Assembly: GCA_964252035.1 (NCBI GenBank) | Contig: OZ176205.1 | Reading direction: 5' to 3' (one strand) | Origin: Podarcis erhardii | Taxonomy: Eukaryota | DNA: 64,000 bases | In this document: in pieces, positions 38,001 to 50,504 of the stretch | Position numbering within the stretch: position 1 is the stretch's first letter | Layout: every line of letters begins with the position of its first letter | Program-made: the position numbers and the translations under genes | Notes under the pieces: model-generated | What the model was told of the DNA's origin: nothing | The model's database searches: none | Seen by the model: only the letters and a program-made list of their open reading frames with translations

Positions 38001-38967
38001 TTGTAGCAAGGACTATTGCAGTGGACGCTTGTGCAGAAGAAGGCATGGGGACTTCTCTGAGTTATGCTGTCTACAGATGAGGCATTGGGCCATACTCTAT
38101 ATCATGGCTACTGTTCCAAAAAGATTCAGGGTTCATTCTATGAAGATATTCATGTTGTGTAACACACTGTGTGCATGTGGTGATGGGACTAAGCTCAATG
38201 CCACAAGGAAACCTTGTCAGACACCAACTGCTGTGAAATCTCTGCTCCCTTACCAATCTATTTGGTGTTTGCTTAGGTATGTGAACAACCCCTGCTGACA
38301 AAAATGTAATTAAACAAAATAAATGAAAAAGGGGCGAGTAATTTTAAATGGTGTTAGATGGTGTTTATGTATGATGGAGATGGAGACTACTACTTGTGCT
38401 TCTTGTAGGAGAGCTGGTAGGAGAGGATAACTCATTCACTTTCTCAAAGGGCAAGGCCAATTCAACTTCACTATACCTTTCTGTGGAAGACTTCCTTCCA
38501 AGTACCTGGCTCTGACTTCTAAGAAGGAGCATATTTATTTCAGTTTTGAAGCTTTGACAATTTAATCTTACTTGTTCATTTCCCTTCCAGTTTTTCCAGT
38601 TCTACATATTTTTGGTGTCTTGTGTATGGCCTTCTTCTCTGATCTTTTTTGTTGAGAGGTGTAGAACTTTTCCACGGATCAGCCACACTGGTCCTACCAG
38701 AAGCCTAGACTCCAGCACTTTAGCATCTTTATCCCAAGCAGGTCATTTGCCATTGTGGCAGAGGGGAGAGACCCTGTTCTCTGCTGCTGCCTCCTTTCCT
38801 TTAAAAAAGCAGAGTTACCTGGTGACTGTTTTGGTGGCTGACTGGTAGCTGCCATAGCAGAAACACCAATTTGTTTTGCCATCCCTGCATGTATTTCAGT
38901 TGAAATGAAATAAAGCAGTCAAACAGAATGAACTTGAGACAGACGGAAACAACAGAGCTATATTTCA

Positions 38968-38994
38968 AATCTATACAGGCTAATCTATACAGGC
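38968..38994. repeat. 13-bp direct duplication separated by 1 nt
   Basis: aatctatacaggc-t-aatctatacaggc. Confidence 0.95.
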
Positions 38995-39217
38995 CATAAC
39001 CTGTCCAAAAAAGCTATTGAATGGCTGTGTTTTGGGACACTCACACCTGAGGAGATGGTGCAGCTGTTCTATCATGCTAAAAAAAGGGTCAGATTTTCAA
39101 AGCTCTGGTGGGAGGAAGCTGAAGAGGGAAAATGGGGAAGGACGTGTTTTGTTCATGACTTCATGTAAACATCCTAAAAAGCAAATAAAAAAAGGAGGAC
39201 ATTTCCTATGACCATGA

Positions 39218-39835
39218 TGTCATGAGCCCCATGGCAAGAAATGTGGAGGGGTGATCCTGGCAGAATTTGTCAGAGGAAGAGGAGACAGAGATTACTGTGT
39301 CTGTTGATGGGGAGAGTCCAAGTAGTATACTGGGAGATCCAAGGTGACAGGGCAAATCAAGCGATGCTGCCATTGCCCTGTCTCAGGAGAGCAAGGTTGC
39401 TCCAGCAACTGAGGAAGCACATGAGCACGAGTCAGGCAGTGAACTGGTAAAACAGACTCGGGTCCCATCTCCAATGATGCATCCTCTGGTGAGGGCAGAC
39501 CCAGCTCACTTGTAGGAATTCCTGCTTACTTGTCCAGTCCAATTACTTGGGATGAGAACTGCGCAAAAGACTCTGCCTGTCCCGGAGGCATGTCAGGTGT
39601 TGAGATAGCATTTTAGCTTAGAACTCTGCTTCTGAACTATTAGACTATGTAACCTGTGTCTTGATCTATGTTTAAGCTGTGGACTGATTTGTGAAACAAT
39701 GCCTTCAGGAATAATTGAGCTGAGAGTGAGTACTGTGTCTGAATGTGGGAGTCAGGACTATGAGAAGACCCTGTTAGTGCAGGAGCCATCTTTCCCAACA
39801 GGGCTAGCACACACTGAAAAGCTGGGTCATGAGCA
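39218..39835 (+). mobile_element. Putative solo LTR, decayed
   Basis: Begins TGtcatgagccc and ends gggtcatgagCA (imperfect inverted termini); about 620 bp with a purine-rich 5' half and a pyrimidine/T-rich 3' half; no target duplication found. Confidence 0.4.
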
Positions 39836-40762
39836 AGGCCAGCCTTGCAATGAGTAATGTGGTGTAGCTCCCCCACCCAGCTGGCAAAATCTACTCAATA
39901 GGATTATGTTTTAATTCTTCAGTTCAGATATAAACAGGTCTGAAGATGGAACTCCTGACTGGATACAATGTATTAATATTCTTTTTAAATTAGTGACAAG
40001 TAACCTCTGTTTACCTTGGAGTAAGCATTTATCTAAGAAGCCTTTCCATAATTTTAGTTACATTTAATTATTGCTTTCCTGACATAAAGAGAACTCACTT
40101 CTTTGTAGTATATCATATTCTGCTCTTTAAAAAAAGGTAAATGTAATATGTGGCACTATTATAAAAAGAGCATGCTTAGAAAACACAGTAGACAGAAATC
40201 ACAAACGGTGCTCCCATTTATATAAATCTGAATGTGTGGGAGAAGTGTTCATTGTGTCCAGCTTAAAAATCATGCACCATTATGTCCTTGATATATTAGC
40301 AAAGGACACTGAGTTGGCTCAAAGAGAAATGCAGCCACTTAAAAGCATTAATTCTCCTGGAACTCACAGAAAAGCAAAAATAAATTAAATGTGCCACCTT
40401 TAAATTTTTGGCTATGTTAAAACATTATGAGAACTACCTGTTAGACAAATTATGATAAATGATATCAACTGACACACTGCAGCTTGTCTGAACTCCTTTT
40501 GGCTGTAGTCATAAGAGGCAAGTTATACAACTTGCAAATTAAACTTATATCTATCATACTAATTTAAAGGAAATTATTAAACAGTAGTAATCATGGTGTT
40601 CTGTATCCTTATGAAGTAGCAAAATTCTTTCTGAAAATATGTTGAGAAGACTCAAACTCTTAGTTCTCAATCTTGAAATTTCTATCCCTACAATGCTCAA
40701 AAAATTTCCCCTTTCAACAAAGTATATGGAAGTTATATTAAAGTAGCTTACCTAAGCCAATA

Positions 40763-41124
40763 AAGGTAAAGGTACCCCTGCCCATATGGGCCAGTCGTGT
40801 CCGACTCTAGGGTTGTGCGCCCATCTCACTTAAGAGGCCGGGGGCCAGCGCTGTCCGGAGACACTTCCGGGTCATGTGGCCAGCGTGACAAAGCTGCTCT
40901 GGCGAGCCAGCACCAGCGCAGCACACGGAAACGCCATTTACCTTCCCGCTATAAAGCAGTACCTATTTATCTACTTGCACTTAGGGGTGCTTTCGAACTG
41001 CTAGGTGGGCAGGAGCTGGGACCGAAAGACGGGAGCTCACCCCGCTGCGGGGATTCGAACCGCCGACCATACGATTGGCAAGTCCTAGGCACTGAGGTTT
41101 TACCCACAGCGCCACCCGCATCCC
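40763..41124 (-). mobile_element. Full-length Sauria SINE (tRNA head, Bov-B/RTE-related tail) with 14-bp TSD
   Basis: Minus-strand A box tggcgctgtgg (41104-41114), B box ggttcgaatcc (41051-41061) and tail ...ggggtacctttaccttt; flanks tacctaagccaata (40749-40762) and tacctaggccaata (41125-41138) with 1 mismatch. Confidence 0.96.
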
Positions 41125-41454
41125 TACCTAGGCCAATATGTTGTTGTTATTTCATTTATAATAAAAGCAGCTAAGACAGTTTTTAAAGCAGTACAAAACA
41201 CACATACAAAAAAAGAGCTTTTAAAACAGTGGGATAAACACTTAAGGCAGAGACCTTTTCATCTACCTGGAAAGTTTATGAACTTTGACAACCTAGGTAG
41301 CATATTTATATAGAGCAAGTTGTTGGAGACTACTGGTATTAAATTAATGACCTTGCTGGTATGAGTGTCTTTCATACAAAATAATCCTCATTTTAAAAAA
41401 TCCAGAATAACTTCAGAGCTGTGTATCTTTCTGAGATGAAAATGCTCATTGACA

Positions 41455-41719
41455 GCTTAGCGGATTAGCGCTATTAGCGGTCTAGCGGCTTTTAGCGATC
41501 AGCTGTTAAGCGGCTTATCAGCGGAACAGCTGATAAGCGGCTTAGCGGCTTAGGAAAGGGGGGGGAGCGAAAAAACCCCGCAGGAACTCGCAAGATTTTT
41601 TCGTCTTGCGAAGCAACCCCATAAAGAAATTCGTTTAGCGAAGCACCTCCAAAACGGAAAACCCTTTCGTCTAGCGGGTTTTCCGTCTTGCGAGGCGTTC
41701 GTCTTGCGGGGCACCACTG
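41455..41719 (-). mobile_element. CpG-rich Tc1/mariner-type MITE with one end missing and an internal TAGCGG array
   Basis: Right end gcggggcaccactg|TA, a TIR related to the cagtggtacc family; five cgtc(t/a)(t/a)gcg-like subterminal repeats; no left TIR. Confidence 0.8.
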
Positions 41720-42051
41720 TATCTCTTGGCTTTTGTGGGTCAGTGGCAAGAGCCAATGTTGTGGGCCCTCCAACTGATTTAAAATATGATCTCAGTTAAA
41801 AATTACTTCATAGGTAATAGTTGTTAAATATAATATTTACCCATCCCACCCCTCAGATACCAGGAGATCACATATTATCTGGTGAGGGGTGGAGGATTAT
41901 TATTTTAGTATTGATTAGCACACTAATTAACTGGCTGATAATTCAAGGAGCTGTTCAGGTTCATGCAGAAGGCTATTTCTGGTCCACTGGAATCCGTGGC
42001 TTTTCTCGCCTCCTCCCTTTTTGTGGTAAATAGCTGATCCCCATAAGAGTT

Positions 42052-42089
42052 TTTCAATGTTCTGCTGTTTCAATGTTCTGCTGTTTCAA
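42052..42089. repeat. 16-bp tandem duplication (2.4 units)
   Basis: tttcaatgttctgctg twice, plus tttcaa. Confidence 0.95.
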
Positions 42090-43280
42090 AAGCAGTTTTG
42101 CAGCTATTTGAGAAAAACAAGCTAAAGGTCCCACTGAGCTCAAGACCTGGGCCTAATTCTCAGAATGCAAGTGGGGGTCTCACGTGATTGCAAACCCTTC
42201 CATTATAAATCTACTGCACAAAAAACTTTATGTCAGGGAGAAAGTTTCTATCCTAGCCTGGTTCCAGATATACTATTTTTTAAATGTGAATATATATAGA
42301 GAGGGGGGGGGGAGAGAGAGGGAGATATTGTATGGAGGACTCCTGGATTGCAGTCGGAAGTGGTATAGCCTCAACATGTTTACCCCTTCAGTGAGTACTA
42401 GACCCTCGTTTCACAGTTATTTGGGCCCTGGCCATTGCATATTGTCTAGCTATCAGTGGAAACAGAATCTGTCGGTTTTGAAGAGCACAGATTAGGAAGG
42501 AATGTGCCGTTTGGAAACGTGGCAGCTCTCATAGTACTGTGTATGGTTTAAATTAAACCTTTTTTTGGAAAGCAGAATAGCTGCAGGCCACATTTTGAGG
42601 GAAAGCAACAGCAGAAAAGGGTTGGCTGTGGTTTTTCCTTTGCTGTATAACAGACCAACTTTCTCTTGTTTTAACACAGAAGCGGGGGAGGGAAAGCTGG
42701 ACTCCTTCAGACCAACCACACAGCTTCTCTGCTGACCACAAAAAGGAAGTTAGGCATGGCAAGGCTAGGATTAATACCCACTGTCTCTTAAGCTAACAGG
42801 GTGTGAGAACTTTTTATATGGATTTTTTCCCTCCCTGCCTTCTTGCCAGATTGACGGTGTGGTCAGAGTTTAGACATCTTGAAACAAGTACAAGTTTGCA
42901 TTACATTGTGTTCCAGGCTTTTCTAAATTGCATCTTAAATTCGTTTACGCCCACTGCTGAGCTTTTAGCAGGGCAAACCACTAATAGCTTTGTGCTACTT
43001 GCTGGAGGGATAGGAAACATAAAAAATATGCCTTGAACACTCTAGGCAGTTGGCAGATCTTGACGGGCTGATAGACTATAGTTATGCTTAATGAAACAGG
43101 CAAAGCCAGCTCTTAATAGAACAGAGCCCTTTATTCTATGTGAATAATAAGATTAAGAATTTATTGAATAATTGAATTTACTAGTCATTTGTCCAAATTT
43201 CCTTATTCACCGGCTCTTCTAAAAATTGACAGTGTGTGTGCTTTTATATGTAATTGTGACATCACATATTTCCATGTGTG

Positions 43281-43374
43281 AGATATTTGATTTTATTTAT
43301 TTTATTGTATTTTTAATATTTTGTTGGAAGCCGTCCAGAGTGGCTGGGGAAACCCGGCCAGATGGGTGGGGTAA
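43281..43374 (+). mobile_element. L2 LINE extreme 3' tail (lizard type)
   Basis: attttgttggaagccgtccagagtggctggggaaacccggccagatgggtggggtaaa, followed by (AAT)n. Confidence 0.75.
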
Positions 43375-43410
43375 AATAATAATAATAATAATTAATAATA
43401 ATAGTAGTAG

Positions 43411-43442
<32 letters not shown>

Positions 43443-43453
43443 ACAACAACAAC
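43375..43453. repeat. Compound (AAT)n-(AGT)n-(AAT)n-(AAC)n microsatellite
   Basis: Read directly; it forms the tail of the preceding L2. Confidence 0.97.
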
Positions 43454-43458
43454 TACAG

Positions 43459-43738
43459 AGACGGCCAACAACCTAGATGGCTTTAAAAGAAAGATAGACA
43501 AATTCATGGAGGTGAGGACTATCAGTGGCTACTAGCTATGATGGCTGTGTTCTGCTTCCACAATTGGAGGCAGCAATGCTTCTGAATATCCATTGCTGGA
43601 AGCCACAGTGGGTGGAGAGTGCTGCTTTGTTCAGATGGAGCTTGTGGGTTTCTCATAGGCATGTGGCTGGCCAATGTGAGAACAGGATGCTTGGCTTGAT
43701 GGTACCATTGGCCTGATCCAGCAGACTGTTCTTATGTT
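43459..43738 (+). mobile_element. CR1 LINE 3' fragment
   Basis: ctagatggctttaaaagaaagatagacaaattcatggag (LDGFKRKIDKFME) and a 3' UTR ending ggcctgatccagcagactgttcttatgtt. Confidence 0.85.
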
Positions 43739-43767
43739 TGCAAGCAAACCATACCCTCCTGAAGTAT

Positions 43768-43966
43768 ATAAGAACATAGTAAGCTGCTGTAGACTGAGTC
43801 AGACCATTGGTACATCTGTCTTAGTGCTGTGTGTGCTGAGTGGCAGTGGCTGCCCATAGTTTCAGACATGGGACTCTCCTAGCCCTACCTGGAGATTCCT
43901 GGGGTTGAACCTTGGCCCTTCTGCATGCAAAGCAGATGCTCTAGGACTGAGCTGCAGCCCATCCCC
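43768..43966 (-). mobile_element. tRNA-derived SINE with CR1-type tail (same family as 1552-1732)
   Basis: Minus strand: gggctgcagctcagtcctagagcatctgctttgcatgcagaagggccaaggttcaacccc...cagcagcttactatgttcttat. Confidence 0.85.
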
Positions 43967-44039
43967 TAATGCTATTTTCTTACATGAAAACAGACCTATT
44001 CCTTTGATGTCTCATATTTTTATTTTTAAGCATTACATG

Positions 44040-44255
44040 TTCTCAAACTTATTCTGTTCCAGGAGTCCATTTGACTCCTGAAACCATTCGAAAACCAAGG
44101 CATGGCTTCCGATTGGCTGCAGGATCTTCCTGCACTTAACCAGAAGCTGCGGAAGCTGTGTCGGATGTTCGGCTTCTGAAAAATGTTCACAGACTGGAAC
44201 ACTCATTTCCGGGTTTGCGGCGTTTGGGAGCTGATTTGTTTGGGAACCAAGCCTT
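44040..44255. mobile_element. Older Tigger-like MITE body, TIRs lost, CpG-decayed
   Basis: gttccaggagtccatttgactcctg...ggcttccgattggctgcagg...ggaacactcatttccgggtttgcggcg shares the aatt/ttccgggtt layout of the intact MITEs. Confidence 0.6.
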
Positions 44256-44390
44256 CAAGTATACTAATTGATTTTTGCACTCAAGTCCTGTTTTATAATT
44301 CTGTGAAACAGTTGTAGATTTGAATCAGCTGATATTTAACCATATGCATCCCAGAACTGAATGTGCTTGGAGTGGCACATGATCATTATA

Positions 44391-44616
44391 CAGTGGTACC
44401 TCGGGTTAAGAACTTAATTCATTCCGGAGGTCCATTCTTAACCTGAAACTGTTCTTAACCTGAGGTACCACTTTAGCTAATGGGGCCTCCTGCTGCTGCT
44501 GTGCCGCCACCGCACAATTTCTGTTCTCATCCTGAATTAAAGTTCTTAACCCAAGGTACTATTTCTGGGTTAGCGGAGTCTGTAACCTGAAGCGTCTGTA
44601 ACCCAAGGTACCACTG
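44391..44616 (-). mobile_element. Tc1/mariner (Tigger-like) MITE, copy 5
   Basis: TA|cagtggtacctcgggttaagaacttaattc...cccaaggtaccactg|TA; both termini are identical to copy 2 over about 30 bp. Confidence 0.96.
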
Positions 44617-47600
44617 TAACCATGTAGTTACTCTCATAACCATTGCAAATATTTAGTAACACATATTCTGAAAATATTGAAATATAACAGTTTATAAATT
44701 GAAACCACTTGTCCATCTGATAAATATAGTACAGTTCTGACCAGGCATGACATGTGCAGTTTTTGTATATTGTTACAATATTTCTAAAGACATAATGCTT
44801 CTTGTGTATCGTAATGATGTAGTCCTATTATATTTGCAGTCAATTAATAATACATAAATATCTCCACCTGTAGAACAGTTTCCTTCTGATAGGGAGGGTT
44901 TCCAGATTATCCTTACTTGCTTGCTCTTTGTTCACATGTGCTTTGATAGCACAGGAAGTAGAAAGAAATGAGGAAAGCTTTCTCTTAATTTGTTTTTGCT
45001 GCCCTGGAAGACCTCCATTGCATCTTGATCTTTTTTCACTGCTGAGGAATTATACAGTAACAAATTGAATCCATTGATCACTGTCTTCTTCTCTGAAGTT
45101 TCACTTTGTAAGATTCTATACAGTAGTCCATTGACTTTGATAGAATTACCAATAGCAGTAATCAAGGCAATTAGGATGAGGCCAAATTATTTCCTTTACT
45201 GCATGGGTGTATGAGGAAGAAAACATAAAGGAATTATCTTATATCCAGTAACAAGAGACTTGTGTGGCCTTTTGTGGTGGGGGTGCGAGAAGAGTGTTGG
45301 GTGTTCTAGTCTAAGTAGCTATTACTATGGTAATAATAATGAACTACCAGGTGCTAGGATATATAGTCTTTGCCTTATATTCGCTGGAAGAGTTAATCAC
45401 AAAGTGATTTTCCTCTCAAGATTCACCTGTTAAATTGTTTCCAAATGTTAAAATTTCAAGGTCCCGCGTCATGAAAAATAACAGTGAATTAGCTTTACTT
45501 CAGTACATAGGAACTTACTATCTTTCCACATTAGGGAAGGGGGAAGGGTATCCTTCACATTACTATTCTAGAAAGCACTCGGAACAATCATGGTACAAAA
45601 TGGGAAGGATTAAAAACTCCTTTGCTCCTGGTTGTGCAGATTTTGCAGATGCTTAGGCTATACTCAGAACTGTAAAGAGGCAAGAAGTCACTTAGCATGA
45701 ACAGATGTATTTTCTTTAGTAAACTCTTTCAGGCTATTGTTTCCTAGCCATTAAAATTGCCATCTTGATACTTGGTTATTCACTATATACCATAAAATAT
45801 TTATTAAGGTCATAGAACTGTAGTGCAGTAGAAAAACCCACATGTGGAACAATATGCTTGCTGTTATTTTGGATAAGAACATTTCTGCTGGGTTGCATCA
45901 CTGTCTGTAAATTTTATTGATTATAATTAAGTTCGTCTGTATTGTCTCTGGGAATGTACATAGCTTAAAATCAATATTTCTTATATTCATTAGGAAAACC
46001 AGCTTGAAAGGGATTTTAGTAGAAATAAGCAGCAAGGCTGCCACTTTGATTGCATTTATAAAGCATTAGGGGCTCACCATCTCTCCTGCTTTTCTGAATG
46101 TGTTTTAAACTCATTTCACAAATTTGTCTCCACATTTAGCTGTTTTACTTTTACCCATTATCCCTATTCTTTATATCAAGCTTCCATTAAGAGAAGGCAT
46201 GCACCAGGTGTCTGCTGCAGGTAAACTCTGATTTAAAGTATCTGAAACTTTCATCTGCCCGGCTTCAGCTGTATTAATTTACATTATGCATCTGCCCTTC
46301 ATCTGTATCATCTGCTTTGACAACATATGGAACCATTTTAAGCACAGAATAACATGTTGTCACCTTACTGAAATTTGTGATGAGTTAAATAGGGACAATG
46401 CTTCACACTTCAGGCAACTGTCGCACAAAAAGTCATGTCAGAAAGCCTACTCCCTCTAATACAAAAGTTGATGATTGCAGGGTGTGTTTTAAAGCTTTGT
46501 TTTGCTTATACAAGTTTCATAAATTCAATCCCAGCAGTCTGTGTACATCCATGAATGCACTATGACTCCATTCTTACATCTGTTTATTTACCATTGTTTC
46601 TAAAACATCATTCAATAAAATTTCCAGTTTAAACAATTTCAAGTAAACACATAGAGAAAGCATTGTAGCATAATGCATTCAAAATAGCACATATAAAACC
46701 TTAAAAGCTGCATATTTAAAATCACACACTGAAGGCCTGATGGAGCATTCAAACACAAAAAAGGAAATCTAGCAAATCCTAAAAGAGAATGCAATCTACA
46801 CCTTTGGAACCATGATCAAGATGGCCCTGAATCTCACCCCCATCTGTCTAACCTTGCAAAGCAGCAGGCCCTCTGAATTTATACTGTAAATCACTTTGGG
46901 ATGCCTCACGTGAAATTATTCATAAATGAAATAAATAAATGTAATTGAAGAGATTCACAAGGGAGTATGTGGCCCTTAAAGTAAGCTGTAGATTGAGAGG
47001 ATATCCCAATCAATAATACTTTGCACATTTTTTTAAATTTACTTTTCTTCATGGAGACTGTTGGGATTAAATTTGGGGGAGGGGGAGTTCACAGATTTAT
47101 TGAAAGTTAATCCTAACAGTCTCTATGAAGAAAATTAACTAATAAATAAAAAGTGGTGATCTGATTAACATTACCCTATGGCGGAGTTGAGAGGTGAAAC
47201 AGATCTTGCAGTGGTCCAGCTCTCTGGCCTAGAGCCATTAACTCACTGTGGTGCTGAGAACAGTTTTAGCATGTGAGCTTCTTGAAGGCAAGTTTATTGC
47301 TCTCCTTAGCTGCAATCTCATATTCAGAGGTCTTAGATTTAGATGGTGCCTGGTTACTGGTGTTAGGTTTAGTATTAGAGTTTTCTTTCTCCCCCCCCCC
47401 CCCCGCCAATCAGGGTGTGTTGTACCTAGCTCTCCTTTTGACTTCAGCCACAAAATGCATTATTCCACAAGTTGTGAATGTTTATTAGTTATTGATCCAC
47501 CCCTTTTAATCATATATTTAGATACTCAAAGCTTGGAAATCCTGGCGACCACACTTAGTTTCAATAACAGAATATTTACAGTTCATTGACAAACCATCCA

Positions 47601-47737
47601 TGAGTAAATAATGAAATCAAACTTGCTATTGGGTAATGTACTGTCAGCTGGCAGGGGAAAGAACTAATGATCAGATAGGTCCAGATGGGGCCCAGATAGT
47701 TCTCTCCATTGGGGGGAATTATACATGAAGTAGGTAG

Positions 47738-47925
47738 CTTATTTATTACCATTGTATCTCACAATTTCCCCAAGAAGCTAAAGACAACATACATGGGTTT
47801 CTTCCATTTTTAACTTCAAAACTGTGAAATCAAGCTGAGAAGTGACCTGCTTAAAGTTGCTAGTGAACATTTGAACTTGGGTATCTGAGGTCTAACTCCT
47901 AGCACTGTTATTACTGCATTACACT
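47738..47925 (-). mobile_element. Old CORE/MIR-like SINE remnant
   Basis: ttatttatt...gctgagaagtgacctgcttaaagt...atttgaacttggg...ctgcattacact follows the order of a reversed CORE SINE. Confidence 0.45.
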
Positions 47926-47972
47926 AACTGTCATCATTACACTGCATCACACTTGCTGTCATTATTTCTTTA

Positions 47973-48124
47973 CAGCAGTTGGGGGGGGGGTTGTGGGGGG
48001 AGGTGCTGGTACTCATATCTTGATAAAAGTTCCTGTAGGTGCCAACACAAAAGAGCTGTCATTGGCAGCGAAGAAATAGGTGATGGTACTCTGAACCAGT
48101 GAGTACTGTCACAAAAAAGCACTT
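47973..48124. mobile_element. Decayed MITE (…gagtac..caaaaaagcact terminus)
   Basis: Right end gagtactgtcacaaaaaagcact; internal ggtgctggtactc and gatggtactc repeats; poly-G in the left arm. Confidence 0.4.
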
Positions 48125-50504
48125 CTTTATAGAGAAGAAGCCTATAAAAAGTAGCTGTCCAGAATATAACTGTTCACAAGAAGTATCTGGGTTATTACCA
48201 ATTTGATGCTCCTTCACTCCCAAACTTCTTGCTCACATACATCCTAACTAAATGAAAGCACAGAATGAGTGATGGTATCATAATGTCTAATATAATCAAT
48301 GTAAATCTTGCTAAGTGATTTGGTCACGTTTAAGTAACAGGCGTTAGATTTGGGGGGTGGACAATAAGCAGCAATAGCAAAAACTGCAGGCTAGGCTTTA
48401 CTTTGCAAAACAACAACAGCAATAAACTGTGTTCAAGTAAAAGTATTTAGCGGTATTCTTGCTCATTTTCTTTGGAGACTGTCTGTCATTGCCTAGAAAC
48501 GTAGAAACCTCAGGCACACTGTATTTCTCAAAAAGATTAGAAGAGGCTTGGTTTACCCAGTTAACTCTGGGCAACCATATACCAGAAGGCCTGGTGGCAT
48601 TTGCCACAGCAATATCTCCATTGTGTGTGCATTTTCGGTTCATTAAAAAAAGATGTTAATTGTGGCCGGTAGTCGAGAATCTTTCTTTTAAAGTCAGTTA
48701 TCAGCGGTTTCCTTTTGCATGGCTGGCTCGCTGATGGGGAGCTGTCCGTTTATTTAAAAAACAATGCCTCAGTTATCATATTGTTTAGTGTGGGGCGGGG
48801 AAGTGAAGCATTCAAATACAAACAAATCCAAAGCAGGAAAGCAACACAGCAAAAACAGAGGGGGGGGGGGTTCAGGGCAGATTTTACAACCTGAATAAAT
48901 CAGTTTAATGAAGGAGTTTTGTTGGAGAACTCCAACTGACAGGACTTGGCCCTTAGTTATTATTTCATGTATATGTTTTTGAGTATTTTAATTACATGTT
49001 TAGAATTTCATTCAAAATGAAAATTTATTTTTTATTTTTTACAAGTATTACCTCATGTCAATAAAGTACTGAGTACTTGCTAATGTATTTGTATCAGGCT
49101 TGTCCAAAAGATTTTAGTCTATGGGAATTCATTTTTTCTTTAGGATACCCTCTGTACATAAAAGGGACAGAAGGTACAACCTTAGATCTTATTCCATATA
49201 CAAGTAGAAACACAAATTCCTTTAACAATTAATAGGTACTCTGTTGACATTCCAGACAATTTATTACAATGCATCACTCACAATATATTAAATAAAATTG
49301 ATAAACTGTGACTGCCATATCTGTCATGTAACATGCTGAAGGAAAAATTCCAGTTTTGTCCAATATAAAACATTTAGTTTACTATCATTAATGCTGCTTC
49401 TAGAGTTCACAAGCAGAATCCAAGTCCAGTATTATTCTGTAGTTCCAAGCTGGTACACCTGCTTTTCAGGTAGAAGATCCCAACCAGATTCATTAACTCA
49501 GAGATTCTAGGGATGCATATCCTATTAAGATGGTAGGCTTGACATTGCTTGTCTCGATCAACCATTGTGCTAATACCATCTCCATTTATATCCATAGGGT
49601 GTACATTTTTCTTTTATTCTACAAATAAAATACATTTATTCATTTTAGCCTAATAACTGCCATCCTGATCTCCATGACTCTGTATACAATGGATATCCAG
49701 TGTGGCCTATAAGAAACTATTTTTTTTATAATGCCTAATGGATGATGTTCCTATGTGTGTGAAACTTCACTGCTTGGGCAGGAGACTGGGGAGCTATGAG
49801 TCTGTGTAGATCTTTGACCTATTCTGATTGTTGCCTTCTTCATTTTTTTCCCAATCTGTTCACCTGCTTTGTGAGAGCATGGGAACAAGTATGGAATGAG
49901 TGTTTTTTCCATTAGTTATTTGTAAGATTCTTATAAAGTATCTGTAACCAAAGCATAAATGAAACACATTAAATCTGCTGATGAACTATTTCAAAAGGTT
50001 ATGACTTCTTGACTGTCATAATTGGTTTATCTGAAAAGATCATTAAAGAACTTGGGGAATTGGATACATATATGCCTTTAAATTAATTCACAGAATAGCC
50101 TTGGGTTAATGGACGTTTAGCTTTAATGCTTAATCAGGAATATGCAAAGGAGCTTGAATTAAGAAGAACCTTTGTATTACTTGTGATTTGAAGCAAATAA
50201 TCCATGGCATTGTAAAGGGGTTCGGATCAATTCTTCCTATTATTTTAGATAGTGTTTTCCATTGCAATTTATTTGAGGTCCAATGTATATGCTCTGAGGA
50301 GTTACTGTCAATTGACTACTAGTGTGTGATGACATTCTGGCCTGTGACCCTTGTGGTTCCATTTGGAACCTTCACTATATTGTTTCTAGAAGGGGGGGAA
50401 ATGAATGCAGTGTGTCTTGGAGTCAATAGCTTCTCTAAAGTATGGAACAAGGAAATGCATCTTCAAAAGTTCCAACTTGTCTATGAACAACTTGCTTTTT
50501 GGAA

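Noticed and set aside
39164-39176. tgtaaacatccta, matching the first 13 nt of miR-30b/c
   Set aside because: It diverges after nt 13 and has no complementary arm for a pre-miRNA hairpin.
41040-41124. tRNA-like A/B boxes (also at 1552, 1940, 18113 and 43930)
   Set aside because: No cloverleaf; they are heads of SINEs continuing into SINE bodies and tails.
49470-49532. 63-bp exon-like segment (gcttttcag|...atg|gtaggc)
   Set aside because: Stops in all three frames.
49407-49595. Minus-strand ORF beginning MDINGDGIS (EF-hand-like)
   Set aside because: The canonical position-12 Glu is absent, there is a stop just upstream in frame, and no usable splice sites were found.
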